Assembly: GCA_964569925.1 (NCBI GenBank) | Contig: CAZMWG010000001.1 | Span: 1 to 51,349, forward strand | DNA from: an uncultured Halobacteriales archaeon | Lineage (GTDB): Archaea > Halobacteriota > Halobacteria > Halobacteriales > Haloarculaceae | Length of the DNA: 51,349 nucleotides | Reading direction: 5' to 3' | Made by a program: the position numbers and the translations under genes | Notes under the pieces: generated by a model | What the model was told of the DNA's origin: nothing | Databases searched by the model: none | The model's input: the letters and a program-made list of their open reading frames with translations, nothing else | Shown: positions 49,901 through 51,349 of the stretch, in pieces | Layout of the letters: the number at the start of each line of letters is the position of its first letter | How positions within the stretch are numbered: the first letter of the stretch is position 1

Positions 49901-50175
49901 CGGAGATGCGCCGCAAGCGTGAACTCGACCGGCCGGTCAAGACCACCACGGAGTTCCGCCGCGGGCTGCGCGACCGGCTCACGGAGAAACAGCGCCTGGC
50001 CATCGAGACCGCCTACGTCGTCGGCTACTACGACTGGCCGCGCCAGCAGAACGCCAAGGAGATCGCCGCCTCGCTCGACGTCTCCGCGCCCACCTTCCAC
50101 CAGCACCTCCGCAAGGCCGAGCGGAAGCTCGTCGACGCCTTCTTCGACGACCCCGGGCCGCTCTCCGAGGAGTGA
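46963..50175 (+). CDS. large Bat-like sensor regulator (3 PAS - GAF - GAF-like/Bat domain - HTH_10)
   Basis: Three PAS-like blocks (e.g. GDGIYRLDADGRIVAVNDVVVEQTGYAREELLGEDI, SDGMAILDAEERYVYVNEAHAEIFGHEPGALVGESW). The C-terminus LTEKQRLAIETAYVVGYYDWPRQQNAKEIAASLDVSAPTFHQHLRKAERKLV is an HTH_10 domain. ATG at 46963. Confidence 0.85.
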   Translation: MSRSHPGLSDRFPEAVIEYAAEGVLAVDGDGTVVFTNPAADRLLADEVRERGEDPVGEPIAAFGPDDESDAAGPSADGDPGPLAGATATAAATDRLTPPEEFVAATFDADEERTGRIGLRGADGGIVPAAASAAPAEIDGRRHVLLFLQDVGDRLRRDAELRGYEEVVETVGDGIYRLDADGRIVAVNDVVVEQTGYAREELLGEDISLLLDDEDIVACAEAIRELLTDDDRETATLRFDVHAADGRAIPCEAQMTALTRDGEFRGTVGLVRDVSGRVERDAEIRRQSAAIEATSDGMAILDAEERYVYVNEAHAEIFGHEPGALVGESWHRLFGEDEGDRGRGDGADAGDGTGRLTTEVLPAVRATGDWRGEVTGRRPDGTTFPGELTVTELNDGGLVYAVRDVTERKAHVRKLEALTEVTGGLMTAGSPDEIARRAVEAVDYVLGFSVSCVRLFDDETNALEPAATSDEARRLVERCPGFDLDRSAAGRAFRRGERVESVVEDDLRAGERVDVHLPLGDRGTLSVFTDRPAVDEADLHHLEMLAADVTTAIGRAERETRLRRNERELRQHRDELETLNRINTLISELIRQLVAKTTREEIYRTVCDRLASSPFYESAWIGAAETADGRIDPVAESGLDEGYLQVIERLPVEYLANGVVAEAIRTGEFQLVHQYVAHEGGIGADVTRDAGAADETGAGADGVHDGARETRDSDAGDGTDDVGTAEDRPGVDEVRPGGVGVEDGTGGVGVDDDTSGVGVEDGTGIDGADGERVGGVDGADGERSVETVAAIPLSYGDRTHGVLVVEARRDDVFSDTARTALSVLGDAVGFVITAALHRELLHSDVVVELEFAIADDRCLPVAVSGELGCRCRLEKVTPLGEGDYRLYLQFEGTDPDAAVEALSRADAVSDCRLVRESEGEPTFLVEVTTAETVFPALLEVGASAPVLVAEEGEGRLTVEVSPTTNVRDVAERLRELYPEAEMRRKRELDRPVKTTTEFRRGLRDRLTEKQRLAIETAYVVGYYDWPRQQNAKEIAASLDVSAPTFHQHLRKAERKLVDAFFDDPGPLSEE

Positions 50176-50493
50176 CCGATCCCCGTCCCGACGGCGGCGC
50201 GGCGGTCCCCGGAACGACCCGGTTCGGCGCCGCCGTGGGGTGGTCGGGGCCCGGAGGGGGTTCGAGCGGATGGGGTTCCGGAAGACGGGTCCGCGAGGAT
50301 CGGGACCCCGAGCCGGGTTCGAGCGGATCCGGTTCCGTGGTCGAGTTCGCGAGCCCGAGTTAGGCTCCGCCGGCGGACGGCGTTAGGCCCCGGGCTCTCG
50401 GCGGGTGGTCCCGTCTCTCCGATACCCACTCTCCCGTCCCGCCGGCGACGACACGGAGGTCCACGACGAGCGAGACACGACGGTGGGGACGAT

Positions 50494-51300
50494 ATGTACC
50501 ACAGGACGACGCTGACGCTGCTGGTGGCGGCCCTGCTCCTCGCGAGCCCGGCCGTCGCGGCGGCGGGCGCACAGACAGAGGTGGAGTCGGACGACGACGG
50601 CCTGGACGTCGAGCGCGACGGCCAGGAGGTCGAGGTGAACGGGGGCGATCTGGAGGTGACCGACGACGACGCCGATCTCGACCTGGAGATCGCCGCCGAC
50701 GGCGACACGGTCGACGTCGAGAGCGGCGACGCGGAGATCGAACAGGACGACGGCGACGTGGACGTGGAGAACGCCGCCGAGGACCTGGAGTTCGAGACCG
50801 AGGACGGCGGCACCGTCGTCGAGGTCGAGAGCGACGACGTGGAGATCGAACGGGACGGCGGCGACGTCGAGGTCGAGCGCGACGGCCTGTCCTTCGAGGT
50901 CGACGACGACGGCGACCTGGAGGTCGAGAGCGCCGCGGGTCCCGCCGACGTCGAGGTCGACGACGACGGCGACCTGGAGGTCGAGTTCGACGGCGGCGAG
51001 ATCGAACTCGGCGAGGACGACGCGCTGGAGGTGACCTTCGACGACGGCGTCGACTTCGAGACCGACGGCGACGGCGACGTCGAGTTCGAGACGGTCACCG
51101 CGGAGATCGAACAGGACCGTGACGAGTTGGACGTCGAGTTCGACGCCGACGACCTCGACTTCGAGAACGACGGCGACGGCGACGTCGAGTTCGAGACCGT
51201 GGACGTCGACGTGACGGTCGACGGCGACGAGATCGAGGTGGACCTCTCCGGACTGAACGTCGAGACCGACGGCGACGACACGGAGGTCACTGCCGACTGA
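50494..51300 (+). CDS. secreted polyacidic repeat protein (hypothetical)
   Basis: Signal peptide MYHRTTLTLLVAALLLASPAVAAAGAQ is followed by about 240 aa that are mostly Asp and Glu. The pattern alternates acidic and hydrophobic residues (DGDLEVE, DGDVEVE, DGDGDVEFETV twice). Confidence 0.7.
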   Translation: MYHRTTLTLLVAALLLASPAVAAAGAQTEVESDDDGLDVERDGQEVEVNGGDLEVTDDDADLDLEIAADGDTVDVESGDAEIEQDDGDVDVENAAEDLEFETEDGGTVVEVESDDVEIERDGGDVEVERDGLSFEVDDDGDLEVESAAGPADVEVDDDGDLEVEFDGGEIELGEDDALEVTFDDGVDFETDGDGDVEFETVTAEIEQDRDELDVEFDADDLDFENDGDGDVEFETVDVDVTVDGDEIEVDLSGLNVETDGDDTEVTAD

Positions 51301-51349
51301 CCGGCCCGTCGACGACCGGACTCCGTACCGCCCGCGCCGGTTCGCGCGC

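Noticed and set aside
46966-50106. 1046-aa minus-strand ORF antisense to the large Bat-like regulator
   Set aside because: It has low-complexity V/G/R/D composition and no motifs. The plus-strand frame has multiple PAS/GAF blocks and an HTH_10 domain.
50028-51290. 420-aa Ser/Thr-rich minus-strand ORF antisense to the polyacidic protein gene
   Set aside because: It is the mirror image of GAC/GAG-rich coding repeats (GTC/CTC giving S/T/V strings). It has no start context, whereas the plus-strand frame has a canonical signal peptide and an ATG.
50494-51300. Polyacidic repeat protein as an additional dockerin- or cohesin-bearing component
   Set aside because: Its DGD-containing repeats lack the D.N.NG..D..D loop plus hydrophobic helix spacing of the nine dockerin-like modules. 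They also show none of the cohesin-like pattern.

Overview
High-GC (about 70%) haloarchaeal chromosome segment, judged from the acidic proteome, twin-arginine signal peptides, a PGF-CTERM-like anchor, ribosomal protein L15e and Bat/HTH_10 regulators. The left edge holds the 3' end of an RNase R gene, an HxlR regulator, phytoene synthase (crtB) and rpl15e. The core (3478-27470) is ten consecutive minus-strand genes that together look like a complete cellulosome-like cohesin-dockerin system. In transcription order they are: a cell-surface-anchored single-cohesin protein; a 1451-aa scaffoldin (CBM-like domain, FN3, seven cohesin-like modules, C-terminal dockerin); and eight Tat-secreted glycoside hydrolases (four GH5 cellulase-type, one GH5 mannanase-type, GH9, GH10, GH12). 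Every hydrolase ends in the same ~62-aa duplicated calcium-loop dockerin-like module, and three of them also carry a cohesin-like module. This is the main finding. Enzyme-loaded scaffoldin systems are, to my knowledge, established only in anaerobic bacteria, not in archaea. To the right lie a hypothetical membrane/Cys-cluster protein, a CaCA cation antiporter and a nine-gene mrp-type antiporter operon whose junctions all overlap. Next come a 2-hydroxyacid dehydrogenase, an aldehyde dehydrogenase with a divergent FAH-family gene (possible tail of oxidative pentose catabolism) and an RdfA-like protein. These are followed by a 570-bp noncoding gap, a sequon-rich secreted DUF4397 protein, two large PAS/GAF/HTH_10 regulators and a secreted polyacidic repeat protein. 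I recognised no rRNA, tRNA, CRISPR array or transposase. Many long ORFs in the track are Arg/Pro/Gly-rich antisense or off-frame artefacts of the high GC content.
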